A DNA stretch of 63,965 bases, filler included, from Octopus bimaculoides (taxonomy: Eukaryota): the NCBI RefSeq assembly GCF_001194135.2. It is 7 parts of 7 records of this genome, joined end to end, with 100 filler letters (N's around TTAATTAATTAA, not from the genome) between each part and the next. Parts side by side here need not be neighbours in the genome. Positions count along the whole stretch, not along the records: positions 1 to 14,875 come from NC_069006.1; positions 14,976 to 38,805 come from NC_068982.1; 5 more parts are not named here. The stretch is one strand, 5' to 3'. Position 1 is the first letter of the stretch. Each line of letters begins with the position of its first letter. Positions 12,538-24,262 of this stretch are shown here, piece by piece. Under the pieces are notes generated by a model that was not told the origin of the DNA, ran no database searches, and worked only from the letters and a program-made list of their open reading frames with translations. A program made the position numbers and the translations under genes.

Positions 12538-12790
12538 TTTCATAATTTCCTTTTTACTCGCGTCGGTCATCGGACTATAGCAATGCTGGGGCACCAAATT
12601 GAAAGGTCTAATAAAAAAAATAAAGAAAAACAAATCGATCGCAGAACTGTTACGTTTTCTATCTACCTGTTTTGCAGACCTTCTAACTGAGATCAACGTG
12701 AACAAGCCAACACCGGTTTTCAACCGGTGGTGGGACGAGAAACAGAAACAAAGAGGTGCAAAGCATGGATGCAGGACAACGATTGCAGCA
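12538..12790 (-). mobile_element. Family B SINE 3' half, diverged
   Basis: TTTTACTCG...CAATGCTGGGGCACC...AAATCGATC...CAACACCGGTTTTCAA matches the family B 3' half in reverse. Confidence 0.6.
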
Positions 12791-13018
12791 AATAAAAGAT
12801 AAATGATAAAAACCACACATTTATTGCTCATGATATTTTACGAATATCTCACGGTCATATTCCCATACACAATATCACACGTTAATACAAAACAGATAAC
12901 TTATAAAAATAGCATGTTTAACATTACATGTATTCCTGCGCTTAATACCCATGGAATACCTCAACTCGCTATCAGAATTATGCATGCGTATATATGGCAT
13001 TATCGCACATTTATGCGA

Positions 13019-13055
<37 letters not shown>

Positions 13056-13169
13056 AGCGTGTGTGTGTGTCTGTGCGTGCGTATGCATGTATGTGCATAT
13101 ATATATATGTATATATGTGTGTTTATATATGTATATATATATATGTATATATATATATACATGTATGTG

Positions 13170-13200
<31 letters not shown>

Positions 13201-14919
13201 GTATATATATTCATGNNNNNNNNNNNNNNNNNNNNNNNNNNNNNNNNNNNNNNNNNNNNNNNNNNNNNNNNNNNNNNNNNNNNNNNNNNNNNNNNNNNNN
13301 NNNNNNNNNNNNNNNNNNNNNNNNNNNNNNNNNNNNNNNNNNNNNNNNNNNNNNNNNNNNNNNNNNNNNNNNNNNNNNNNNNNNNNNNNNNNNNNNNNNN
13401 NNNNNNNNNNNNNNNNNNNNNNNNNNNNNNNNNNNNNNNNNNNNNNNNNNNNNNNNNNNNNNNNNNNNNNNNNNNNNNNNNNNNNNNNNNNNNNNNNNNN
13501 NNNNNNNNNNNNNNNNNNNNNNNNNNNNNNNNNNNNNNNNNNNNNNNNNNNNNNNNNNNNNNNNNNNNNNNNNNNNNNNNNNNNNNNNNNNNNNNNNNNN
13601 NNNNNNNNNNNNNNNNNNNNNNNNNNNNNNNNNNNNNNNNNNNNNNNNNNNNNNNNNNNNNNNNNNNNNNNNNNNNNNNNNNNNNNNNNNNNNNNNNNNN
13701 NNNNNNNNNNNNNNNNNNNNNNNNNNNNNNNNNNNNNNNNNNNNNNNNNNNNNNNNNNNNNNNNNNNNNNNNNNNNNNNNNNNNNNNNNNNNNNNNNNNN
13801 NNNNNNNNNNNNNNNNNNNNNNNNNNNNNNNNNNNNNNNNNNNNNNNNNNNNNNNNNNNNNNNNNNNNNNNNNNNNNNNNNNNNNNNNNNNNNNNNNNNN
13901 NNNNNNNNNNNNNNNNNNNNNNNNNNNNNNNNNNNNNNNNNNNNNNNNNNNNNNNNNNNNNNNNNNNNNNNNNNNNNNNNNNNNNNNNNNNNNNNNNNNN
14001 NNNNNNNNNNNNNNNNNNNNNNNNNNNNNNNNNNNNNNNNNNNNNNNNNNNNNNNNNNNNNNNNNNNNNNNNNNNNNNNNNNNNNNNNTTTTTATTTGTG
14101 TATTTATAATTTTTGTCTCCTTATATCTATTTATTTATTCTTTTTTTTTTGCGTCCATTACACCCAATAATATCTCGGAAAAATGTAATCCATTAGAACT
14201 ATAAGCCATCAATCCATTAGCGTATCCATTAAAATGATAGAATTAACGTAATGGATTTCGTGCGAGTATCTCGAAGAGAATTATAATATTTTGTTAAATA
14301 GGAAAAAAAAAATATATATATATATAAAGAAAAGCAAGAAAATGTTATTAAAAAAAACAAGAAGAAAAATGGCGGAAAGTTGTGCGCATCCCGAAATTTC
14401 GAGTAATTCTTTTAAAATATTAATATATCTGTGATATGTGTTTCTACATATCATATTATTTACCCCACGCCACCCTCAGGTTATTTGGTTTGTAAGTGCA
14501 AAACACAAGTGGCCGTTGTGCTGTTCGGGAATCCCAGCTTAAATATTAAAGCACATTGGTATCTCAGGAAAGACGTGTGAAAACGCCACAATGATACGGT
14601 TGTATAATGTTCAGTTTGACGCGTTCGTATATATATGTGTCTATGTATGTATATGTGCTTATATATATATATATTTGTGAGTCAATGTTTGTATGTAAAC
14701 AAATGTGTGTGTATATATATATATGTGTGTGTGTGTTTGTGTATGTGTGTGTATGTGCGTGTATGTATGTATGTATATATATATGTGTGTGTGTGTGTGC
14801 GTGTATGCATGTATATATATGTGTGTTTATATGTATATTTTACATACACACACACACACACACACACACATATATNNNNNNNNNNNNNNNNNNNNNNNNN
14901 NNNNNNNNNNNNNNNNNNN

Positions 14920-14931
14920 TTAATTAATTAA
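14920..14931. other. Artificial scaffolding linker TTAATTAATTAA centred in a 100-nt N gap (also 38850-38861, 43882-43893, 48310-48321, 56445-56456, 62759-62770)
   Basis: The identical 12-mer is flanked by 44 N on each side six times and encodes stops in all six frames. Not biological sequence. Confidence 0.95.
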
Positions 14932-15207
14932 NNNNNNNNNNNNNNNNNNNNNNNNNNNNNNNNNNNNNNNNNNNNTCGCATTTATTTATATTTAAATGAG
15001 AAGATTGTATGTAATGGCGATAGTAGTTTGTATCTAATGGCGGGAGGTAGTTTCACTACACCAGCCTCGCACCAGTCGGTTTGTCGAAGACAAACAGACG
15101 AAATAAGGAGAAAAAAAATTGTAGTGAAAAAGACTTATAGAACGGTTGGTCATTTACTGGGATTTAGTCACCATTTTTGGAAAGTTATGTGAACTTTTCA
15201 AGTTGGG

Positions 15208-15373
15208 CTGTACAGATCAGAAGGACTGTATGGACGAATCAACGTCGGGGGTCACCAGTTGTAAGGGAAACTGTGTGAACAGGCTCGCGTTGGCTGTACC
15301 TGTACAGATCAGAATGGCTGTATGAACGAATCAACGTCGGGGGTCACCAATTGTTAGGGTCGACCGTGCGAAC
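15208..15373. repeat. Tandem duplication, period about 92 nt
   Basis: CTGTACAGATCAGAA...GAATCAACGTCGGGGGTCACCA occurs at 15208 and again at 15300. Confidence 0.85.
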
Positions 15374-16711
15374 TCATAAAAGGAGCAATGGCGACGAATG
15401 GAAGAAACAGAACTCCTTTTATTTAAACGTGTCACACGGTCGAACATACAAATATATATATCAATGAATGATATACATGATATGTTATGCGACGATAACA
15501 TAGATGACCAGTAATGAAAGACCACAACCGTATTAGATGAATAACAGATATATTTATTGTAGCGTTAAAGATGTATGTCTGTGTGAGAGTGTGAATGCGA
15601 CATATAATAACATAATCAAAGACAGGCCGTCGTACAAAGAAAAGTATGTATGTGTATGTGTATTATTACAGCAGATAGAAAGAGAGTCAATAACACGTGG
15701 ACAATTATACCAGTTCGTTAGNNNNNNNNNNNNNNNNNNNNNNNNNNNNNNNNNNNNNNNNNNNNNNNNNNNNNNNNNNNNNNNNNNNNNNNNNNNNNNN
15801 NNNNNNNNNNNNNNNNNNNNNNNNNNNNNNNNNNNNNNNNNNNNNNNNNNNNNNNNNNNNNNNNNNNNNNNNNNNNNNNNNNNNNNNNNNNNNNNNNNNN
15901 NNNNNNNNNNNNNNNNNNNNNNNNNNNNNNNNNNNNNNNNNNNNNNNNNNNNNNNNNNNNNNNNNNNNNNNNNNNNNNNNNNNNNNNNNNNNNNNNNNNN
16001 NNNNNNNNNNNNNNNNNNNNNNNNNNNNNNNNNNNNNNNNNNNNNNNNNNNNNNNNNNNNNNNNNNNNNNNNNNNNNNNNNNNNNNNNNNNNNNNNNNNN
16101 NNNNNNNNNNNNNNNNNNNNNNNNNNNNNNNNNNNNNNNNNNNNNNNNNNNNNNNNNNNNNNNNNNNNNNNNNNNNNNNNNNNNNNNNNNNNNNNNNNNN
16201 NNNNNNNNNNNNNNNNNNNNNNNNNNNNNNNNNNNNNNNNNNNNNNNNNNNNNNNNNNNNNNNNNNNNNNNNNNNNNNNNNNNNNNNNNNNNNNNNNNNN
16301 NNNNNNNNNNNNNNNNNNNNNNNNNNNNNNNNNNNNNNNNNNNNNNNNNNNNNNNNNNNNNNNNNNNNNNNNNNNNNNNNNNNNNNNNNNNNNNNNNNNN
16401 NNNNNNNNNNNNNNNNNNNNNNNNNNNNNNNNNNNNNNNNNNNNNNNNNNNNNNNNNNNNNNNNNNNNNNNNNNNNNNNNNNNNNNNNNNNNNNNNNNNN
16501 NNNNNNNNNNNNNNNNNNNNNNNNNNNNNNNNNNNNNNNNNNNNNNNNNNNNNNNNNNNNNNNNNNNNNNNNNNNNNNNNNNNNNNNNNNNNNNNNNNNN
16601 NNNNNNNNNNNNNNNNNNNNNNNNNNNNNNNNNNNNNNNNNNNNNNNNNNNNNNNNNNNNNNNNNNNNNNNNNNNNNNNNAGTTTCACTACATATATATA
16701 TATATATATAT

Positions 16712-16860
16712 ATAGTTGGAATTTACGAAAAACAGAACACGAAGACAGGTGTGTAAACAACAAACAGATATATTAGTTTAACGTTCGGGAAGGTGAAAAA
16801 GCCTTTTATGTTTCGAGCCTATGCTCTTCAACAGAAAGGAACACGAGAAAATAAACAGAG
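16712..16860 (-). mobile_element. Hammerhead-bearing repeat copy (same family as 25890-26040)
   Basis: Downstream of the ribozyme motif both copies share a similar tract (CTTTT(T)C..TTT(T)CC-GA-CGT-AAAC...CTG-T-GTTGTT...CACCTGTC). Confidence 0.65.
16802..16839 (-). ncRNA. Minimal type I hammerhead ribozyme motif, near-intact (Penelope-like repeat)
   Basis: Minus strand: CCTTT-CTGTTGA-A-GAGC-ATAG-GCTC-GAAA-CATA-AAAGG. Stem I is a perfect 5 bp and stem II is 4 bp. Deviations: A6U, and CAT instead of CGT in stem III. Confidence 0.65.
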
Positions 16861-17221
16861 AGAAAATAAAAAACGAAAGCTTTAGTAGCTAGCGATCAAT
16901 CATAGCGTTGGCTAGACAGAGATGGTTAGACAGGAGAGCTAGGAAGAAGGGGAGATAATAAAGTGGTGGTGATCCCAAAATGAAGGTGCGCGTGCGTATG
17001 TATGTGAGAGCGTGTGTGTGCATGTGGTTAGGGGCTGGTGACCTTGACGTGTGGCTGTGTGCATGTGTAGGTGTGTGGATGATGGCGTGGGTGCTGAGAA
17101 GTGGTCAGTGCTAGTGTGTGCGGGGTGGTGTGATCTGCTGTGGTGTGGTGTGTGGTGTGTGGTGTGTTTTGGGTACTGCTAGTGTATGTTGGTATGGTGG
17201 TGTGGTATTTTTAATTTCACC

Positions 17222-17360
17222 TATTGGTTCAGCAAAAGAGACCGATAGAATAAGTACTAGGCTTACAAGGAATAAGTTCTGGAGTCGATTTGCTCGACTA
17301 AGGGCGGTGCTCCAGCATGGCTACAGTCAAATGACTGAAACAAGTAAAAGAGTAAAGGAG
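17222..17360 (+). mobile_element. Family B SINE 3' half
   Basis: GGTTCAGCAAAAGAGACCGATAGAATAAGTACTAGGC...GGCGGTGCTCCAGCATGG...AAACAAGTAAAAGAGTAAA. Confidence 0.85.
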
Positions 17361-17741
17361 TATATATATATATATATATGTATATGCATACATAGGCCCA
17401 CATACACCTATATATGTATGTATGCCTGTGTGTATGTATTAAATATACTCGCACATATATCGGCATAAACATACGTTTTCATACGCAAACGTATTCACAC
17501 TTTTTTCTTTTTATATATGATAAATAGTTAAGACCGAGAGAAGTAAAGAAATCCGATACTTAGTTTGTAGATGACAAACGATACATAAAATATTGGAAAT
17601 ATATACTAAAGAAATCACAGGTATACATATCTGTTTCATTCCCTCTCTCTGACACTTAATCTCTCTTACTATCGCCTAACCCTAACCGCCCACCCTCTTT
17701 CTATGTATATATATATATATATATATAAATATGTACGTATG

Positions 17742-17788
<47 letters not shown>

Positions 17789-18200
17789 TTTTACATATGC
17801 ATACATATATGTGATTATGTGTGTGTATAAATGTGTGTGAGCACCCGTTTGTATTTATGCGGTTTCTTTTGAGTACATTGCGTGTGTGTGTTTATGTGTG
17901 TAAATACATGTATGTATATGTATGCCTGTGTGCGTGCATACACGCGCGTGTGTGAATGTATATATATATATATATACATATACATATACATATAGACACA
18001 CTCTCATGTGTATGTATTCGTGTGAGTGTGCATGTGTGTGCGTTCCCGCATGTGTATGTGTGTGTATTTGTATTTGTGTGTGTTCAGTATTTCAAAGAAA
18101 TTCAACAATTGGTGAGTACAACAAATTTATCTCGACTGTGTCTCTATCTGTCATAGCAGACCTGAACAAGTGATCCGCAACTTTAGTTGGCGGCTTTGAA

Positions 18201-18234
18201 CGCCAGGGGGCGCAGTCATCTAGTGCACTTCCGG
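18201..18234 (+). promoter_or_regulatory. Candidate CTCF site plus adjacent ETS motif in a CpG-retaining patch
   Basis: CGCCAGGGGGCGC (18201-18213) closely matches the CTCF core; ACTTCCGG at 18227-18234 matches the ETS motif. Motif match only. Confidence 0.4.
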
Positions 18235-18747
18235 ATTCCGATCTATTCACACAGCCGCTGAGCAACGTTGGGAATGACATTTCGTGTAGTCATCCGCTGA
18301 AGCTAGACACGCGTTCACACCTGAGCATAATTATAGATGTTAAAAAAACAAAAAACAAGAGGTAAAATTAAAATTATATATATATACAAACATATAAAAC
18401 GTGATTATGCTATTGGTTTAGTGGAGAGAATCATAATGGCGGCTCGAATCTTTGATTAATCATGTACTTTTTATCTTTTGGTGACGGTCGTTGAAGTAGA
18501 AAAGGTAAGATTTCGAGAACACTGGTTTGCGACCTGCAGTATATATACAACAAAAGAATAACCGATTATCTTATGCGCCTGATTAGGTTACAGCTATTTC
18601 CATTGTTGGGTGTGGTGGACTCCTAGTTGAGTACCTGAGTAACACGTGACAGTTTCATCAGTGCCTCAAGTATGAAGCAACCTAATGAAATGTTTGAGAT
18701 AGTCGTCTATTCCTTTGTTATCTCTTTTCTTATTACCGCTCTGTGAA

Positions 18748-19063
18748 GGCGCGTGGCTTAGTGGTTAGGGTATTCGGCTCGCGATTGTAAGGTTGTGAGT
18801 TCGGTTCCCGGCGACGCGTTGTGTCCTTGAGCAAGACACTTTATTTCACGTTGCTCCAGTCCACTCAGCTGGCAAAAAATGAGTTGTACCTGTATTTCAA
18901 AGGGCCAGCCTTGTCACACTCTGTGTCACGCTGAATCTCCCTGAGAACCACGTTATGGGTACACGTGTCTGTGGATTGCTCAGTCACTTGCACGTTAATT
19001 TCACGAGCAAGCTGTTCCGTTGATCAGATCAGCTGGGGGCCCTCGTTGTCATAACTGACGCAG
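18748..19063 (+). mobile_element. tRNA-derived SINE, family C (head GGCGCGTGGCTTAGTGGTTAGGG), full length
   Basis: A box TGGCTTAGTGG, B box GAGTTCGGTTCC, central TGTGTCCTTGAGCAAGACACTTT. Flanked by a 17-nt direct repeat TATTACCGCTCTGTGAA (18731-18747 and 19070-19086). Homologous copies at 46131-46452 (-) and 60805-61110 (+). Confidence 0.88.
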
Positions 19064-19814
19064 TAATCCTATTACCGCTCTGTGAAGGCGCGTGGCTTAG
19101 TGGTTAGGGTATTCGGCTCGCGATTGTAAGGTTGTGAGTTCGGTTCCCGGCGACNNNNNNNNNNNNNNNNNNNNNNNNNNNNNNNNNNNNNNNNNNNNNN
19201 NNNNNNNNNNNNNNNNNNNNNNNNNNNNNNNNNNNNNNNNNNNNNNNNNNNNNNNNNNNNNNNNNNNNNNNNNNNNNNNNNNNNNNNNNNNNNNNNNNNN
19301 NNNNNNNNNNNNNNNNNNNNNNNNNNNNNNNNNNNNNNNNNNNNNNNNNNNNNNNNNNNNNNNNNNNNNNNNNNNNNNNNNNNNNNNNNNNNNNNNNNNN
19401 NNNNNNNNNNNNNNNNNNNNNNNNNNNNNNNNNNNNNNNNNNNNNNNNNNNNNNNNNNNNNNNNNNNNNNNNNNNNNNNNNNNNNNNNNNNNNNNNNNNN
19501 NNNNNNNNNNNNNNNNNNNNNNNNNNNNNNNNNNNNNNNNNNNNNNNNNNNNNNNNNNNNNNNNNNNNNNNNNNNNNNNNNNNNNNNNNNNNNNNNNNNN
19601 NNNNNNNNNNNNNNNNNNNNNNNNNNNNNNNNNNNNNNNNNNNNNNNNNNNNNNNNNNNNNNNNNNNNNNNNNNNNNNNNNNNNNNNNNNNNNNNNNNNN
19701 NNNNNNNNNNNNNNNNNNNNNNNNNNNNNNNNNNNNNNNNNNNNNNNNNNNNNNNNNNNNNNNNNNNNNNNNNNNNNNNNNNNNNNNNNNNNNNNNNNNA
19801 TATATGCATACATA

Positions 19815-20060
19815 TATATTTATGTATCTTTCATCCTTTATCTGTTTCAGTCATTAGACTGCGGTCATGCTGGAGCACCGTCTCGAAGAATATTTTTAGT
19901 CGAAGAAATCGATCCCAGAGTGGCAGAGAGAGGGAATGAAAGATATATGTACACCTATATTGGATGGTACTTACTGTATTGGTCTATTTTGTGGAATCGC
20001 TGCGGCACGTAACCATACAAACACCGGTTGTCAAGCGGTCATGGAAGACAGAGACACAAA
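19815..20060 (-). mobile_element. Family B SINE 3' half
   Basis: TGTTTCAGTCATTAGACTGCGGTCATGCTGGAGCACCG...ACACCGGTTGTCAAGCG. Confidence 0.75.
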
Positions 20061-21140
20061 GACAAACACAAATACGCACACACGTACTCACATACATGCA
20101 CAAGCACACGCACACACATATATATACACACACACACAACACTCACACATACACACACGACATGAAATCCATACCTCACATTGCCTATTGCCGTGAAATC
20201 CATCGGTTTAAATCTAACACTAATGGGCCCTAGTGATTATAAAAGTATTTTTAAATGTTCTACAATATTTTATCTGTGTAAATACCCATCACTCTCTCTC
20301 TGTTTCTCTCTCTCTCTCCCTCTCCCCCTCTCTCTTGCTCGCTCACTCTTTCTCTATTGGATGAGTAGTTAGTTATTTCATCAGTTTTAACAAAATGCGC
20401 GAGATACTGTTTTTCTATTTAAATGATATAATGTCCTCTCTGTCCAGAACACATAATTGCATCTCGTATCCGTCGTCGCGCGGTCTGTGTGGATAAAGTA
20501 GTACAATGGCCGATCTTCCTTTATATTATTCATACTAGCTAAAGTTGAATTAAACTTTAAGGAGTAGCCTTACAATAGTTTTGAACTTCAGTTCATGATC
20601 AAGACTTAACTGACTATGTCTTTGTCTATCTAATTGTGTATAAATGTAGTATAGTTTCATGCACTTCACCAACAGATGTTCAAGCACTCCACAAAATGCA
20701 GATCAACAAGACAAAAAAAAATAAAAAGAAAGAAAGAATGACTGCGATATGATGTAGCAACAATAATTATTTCATCGACCCAACGAAGTGTTCACTACAC
20801 ACTCATTCGATCTGTTGGAAATAGTAGCCAAATCTTCTTCAATTACTAAGAGAGTATTTACACAATAAATGATGTGGTCGTAGGTGTATTGCATATGTAA
20901 ACAATAGGACAGTTATGATCTTAACACGATTTTATCATGGAACTAAACAACACCATTAATGACATTTTTTAAATCAGAATTAGATGATCACATCGCAAAT
21001 TAGTAACTTATGTCCTCATTATTATTGAAAACTATTTCATATCCTACACTGCCTCTCAGTTTACTGGAGAGATCCCGTTTTTGTTATTTTCCAGAGTAAA
21101 AGTGAAGTTCGCATATACATACATATGTATATATACATAT

Positions 21141-21318
21141 AGGCGCGAGAGTGGCTGTGTGGTAAGTAGCTTGCTTACCAACCACATGGTTCCGGGTTCA
21201 GTCCCACAGCATGGCACCTTGGGCAAGTGTCTTCTACTATAGCCTCGGGCCGACCAAAGCCTTGTGAGTGGATTTGGTAGACGGAAACTGAAAGAAGCCC
21301 GTCGTATATATGTATATG

Positions 21319-21366
<48 letters not shown>

Positions 21367-21526
21367 TGTGTTTGTCCCCCCAACATCGCNNNNNNNNNNC
21401 CGGGTTCAGTCCCACAGCATGGCACCTTGGGCAAGTGTCTTCTACTATAGCCTCGGGCCGACCAAAGCCTTGTGAGTGGATTTGGTAGACGGAAACTGAA
21501 AGAAGCCCGTCGTATATATGTATATG

Positions 21527-21574
<48 letters not shown>

Positions 21575-21783
21575 TGTGTTTGTCCCCCCAACATCGCTTG
21601 ACAACCGATGCTGGTGTGTTTACGTCTCCGTAACTTAGCGGTTCGGCAAAAGAGACCGATAGAATAAGTACTAGGCTTCCAAAGACTAAGTCCTGGGGTC
21701 GATTTGCTCGACTAAAGGCGGTGCTCCAGCATGGCCGCAGTCAAATGACTGAAACAAGTAAAAGAGTAAAAGAGTAAAAGAGA
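21141..21783 (+). mobile_element. Family B SINE (head GGCGC.GGAGTGGCTGTGTGG, internal (TA)n(TG)n tract, (AAAGAGT)n tail); 5' part assembled twice across a short gap
   Basis: Full-length structure visible; pol III-like GGTTCAGTCCC; near-identical to the copy at 22280-22674. Confidence 0.9.
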
Positions 21784-22279
21784 TACCCTAACGTACATTG
21801 CAAATATAATTGAACTGAAAACCAGAACAATGTTGTAGATTTAGCTTAAGAGTATCTTCCTTACACACGACTGAATTCCCATATAAACGTTAACTAGGAG
21901 AAATATATTCTTTTGAACTAAATATATTCGACTGTGTCAGGATGGTCTTAATACATGAAAGGTGTAACTATCTGTACTTCTCACGTACGTAGAGATGACA
22001 ACTGTATCATGGTTTATTATTTCAATTTCTACCAATCAGTCTTCTGAGTGCATCTTCAATAGGCTTGTATCATATTAAGGCAGTGTCGTTTTCGCACACC
22101 TGAGATTGGAGATTTTAAAATTAAATTGGGGTTTTGGAGAAAGGGTCTAGTTTAGATTTCTATTATACGTGTGTAATAAGCTAAGCAGGTAATGGGAGAT
22201 AAATGATGAAACTAGTGACAAAAAGAATTGAAAAGAAAAATAGGATAAACGTTGCAATGGATATTTTTCTTTTTTTTTT

Positions 22280-22674
22280 TCTTTTATTCGTTTCAGCCAT
22301 TTGACTGCGGCCATACTGGAGCACCGCCTTTAGTCGAGCAAATCGACCCCAGGACTTATTCTTCGTAAGCCTAGTACTTATTCTATCGGTCTCTTTTGCC
22401 GAACTGCTAAGTTACGGGGACATAAACACACCAGCATCGGTTGTCAAGCGATGTTGGGGGAACAAACACATACACACAAACATATACGNNNNNNNNNNTA
22501 TATATATATACGACGGGCTTCTTTCAGTTTCCGTCTACCAAATCCACTCACAAGGCTTTGGTCGGCCCGAGGCTATAGTAGAAGACACTTACCCAAGGTG
22601 CCACGCTGTGGGACTGAACCCGGAACCATGTGGTCGGTAAGCAAGCTACTTACCACACAGCCACTCCTGCGCCT
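22280..22674 (-). mobile_element. Family B SINE, full length
   Basis: Reverse complement of the 21141-21783 copy at high identity. Confidence 0.9.
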
Positions 22675-23156
22675 ATGAATGTATAAAGTGGCAGGTTTTA
22701 AGAAAGATAAACATCGGCCTCTCATGAGTATTGAGCTCGTAACTGAGATTGTACTCGAGATTGTAAGTGAAAAGCCTTTGCTATTGACGCAATCTTATTT
22801 GAGAAAACTGGTTCAACACAAGTTCTCAAGTGTGCCACTATCCATAAAGTGGCGGAGCTTACTCTAACTTCTGTGGCGTTAAATATTTGAGAAATATTTT
22901 ACACCTTGAATGCGTGTGCGGCAAGCAGGTAGGATAGTTATAACGGAAAATGTATTGTGGTATTTATTATAGTCCTCTAAGTTCTGTGTTCAAATTCTAC
23001 TGAGACCAGCTTTGCCTTTTATCCACCTGCGGTCGATAGTTCTTGGTAAGTATTCGAGTCAATGGTATCAACTACTCTGCGCTCAAAAATGCTGGCCTTG
23101 TGCCTAAATCGCAAGCCAATGTGTGTGTGAGAGAGAATATAATGAAATCGTTACCA

Positions 23157-23322
23157 AAGGCGCATGAGTGGCTGTGTGGTAAGTAGCTTGCTAACCAACC
23201 ACATTGTTCCGGGTTCATTCCCACTGCGTGGCACCTTGGGCAAGTGTCTTCTACTATAGCTTCGGGCCGACCAAAGCCTTGTGAGTGGATTTGATAGACG
23301 GAAACTGAAAGAAGCCCGTCGT
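23157..23322 (+). mobile_element. Family B SINE 5' half
   Basis: AAGGCGCATGAGTGGCTGTGTGGTAAGTAGC...GAAAGAAGCCCGTCGT. Confidence 0.85.
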
Positions 23323-24021
23323 CAACAATTTTGTAAGTAGTTATCGCAACTTTATATTTTCCGACGCTACTCTATCTCTTTCTCTTTCTCTTTCCCTTTC
23401 TCTTCCTCTATCATTTCCCCACCTCGTTCTTCCTCTGTTTACTACTACGTATCTCTCTTTATCCCTCTCGTTCTTCCTCTGTTACTACTACGTATCTCTT
23501 TTTTCCCCCTCGTACTTCCTCTCTTCCTCTTATCCTCTCGTTGCTCACCTATTCTTCTACTTCCTCCCTTTGTTTCTCCCTCTACCACTCTCTCTCTTCC
23601 CCTTACACCGGCATGGTCACAAGCTTCCGGTCAATAATACTTTTCTTCCTTGGCTATCGCCGAGCAAACACGCGAACTTACTTCGTCCCCACTTTCAAGT
23701 TCGTGCCTCACAGCGTTCATACACACATANNNNNNNNNNNNNNNNNNNNNNNNNNNNNNNNNNNNNNNNNNNNNNNNNNNNNNNNNNNNNNNNNNNNNNN
23801 NNNNNNNNNNNNNNNNNNNNNNNNNNNNNNNNNNNNNNNNNNNNNNNNNNNNNNNNNNNNNNNNNNNNNNNNNNNNNNNNNNNNNNNNNNNNNNNNNNNN
23901 NNNNNNNNNNNNNNNNNNNNNNNNNNNNNNNNNNNNNNNNNNNNNNNNNNNNNNNNNNNNNNNNNNNNNNNNNNNNNNNACCTGTACGTATATATGCATA
24001 TACTCATTTACTATTTGTTTT

Positions 24022-24049
<28 letters not shown>

Positions 24050-24062
<13 letters not shown>

Positions 24063-24262
24063 AACATCGCTTGACAACCGATGCTGATGTGTTTACGTCC
24101 CCGTAACTTAGCGGTTCGGCAAAAGAGACCGATAGATTAAGTACTAGGCATCCAAAGAATAAGTCCTGGGGTCGATTTTCTCGACTAAAGGCGGTGCTCC
24201 AGCATGGCCACAGTCAAATGTCTGACACGAGTAAAAGAGTAAAAGAGTAAAAGAGTAAAAGG
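24050..24262 (+). mobile_element. Family B SINE 3' half
   Basis: CCAACATCGCTTGACAACCGATGCTG...(AAAAGAGT)3 tail. Confidence 0.88.

Noticed and set aside
14920-14931. Recurrent TTAATTAATTAA as a biological motif
   Set aside because: It is always centred in exactly 100-nt gaps and is an assembly linker. The (TTAA)n tract near 24640-24680 is an ordinary microsatellite.
18748-18820. tRNA gene
   Set aside because: A and B boxes are present but there is no convincing cloverleaf, and the sequence continues into a multicopy SINE body.
21400-21600. Tandem duplication within a family B SINE
   Set aside because: The sequence is identical on both sides of a short N gap, most likely a contig-overlap or haplotype artefact.
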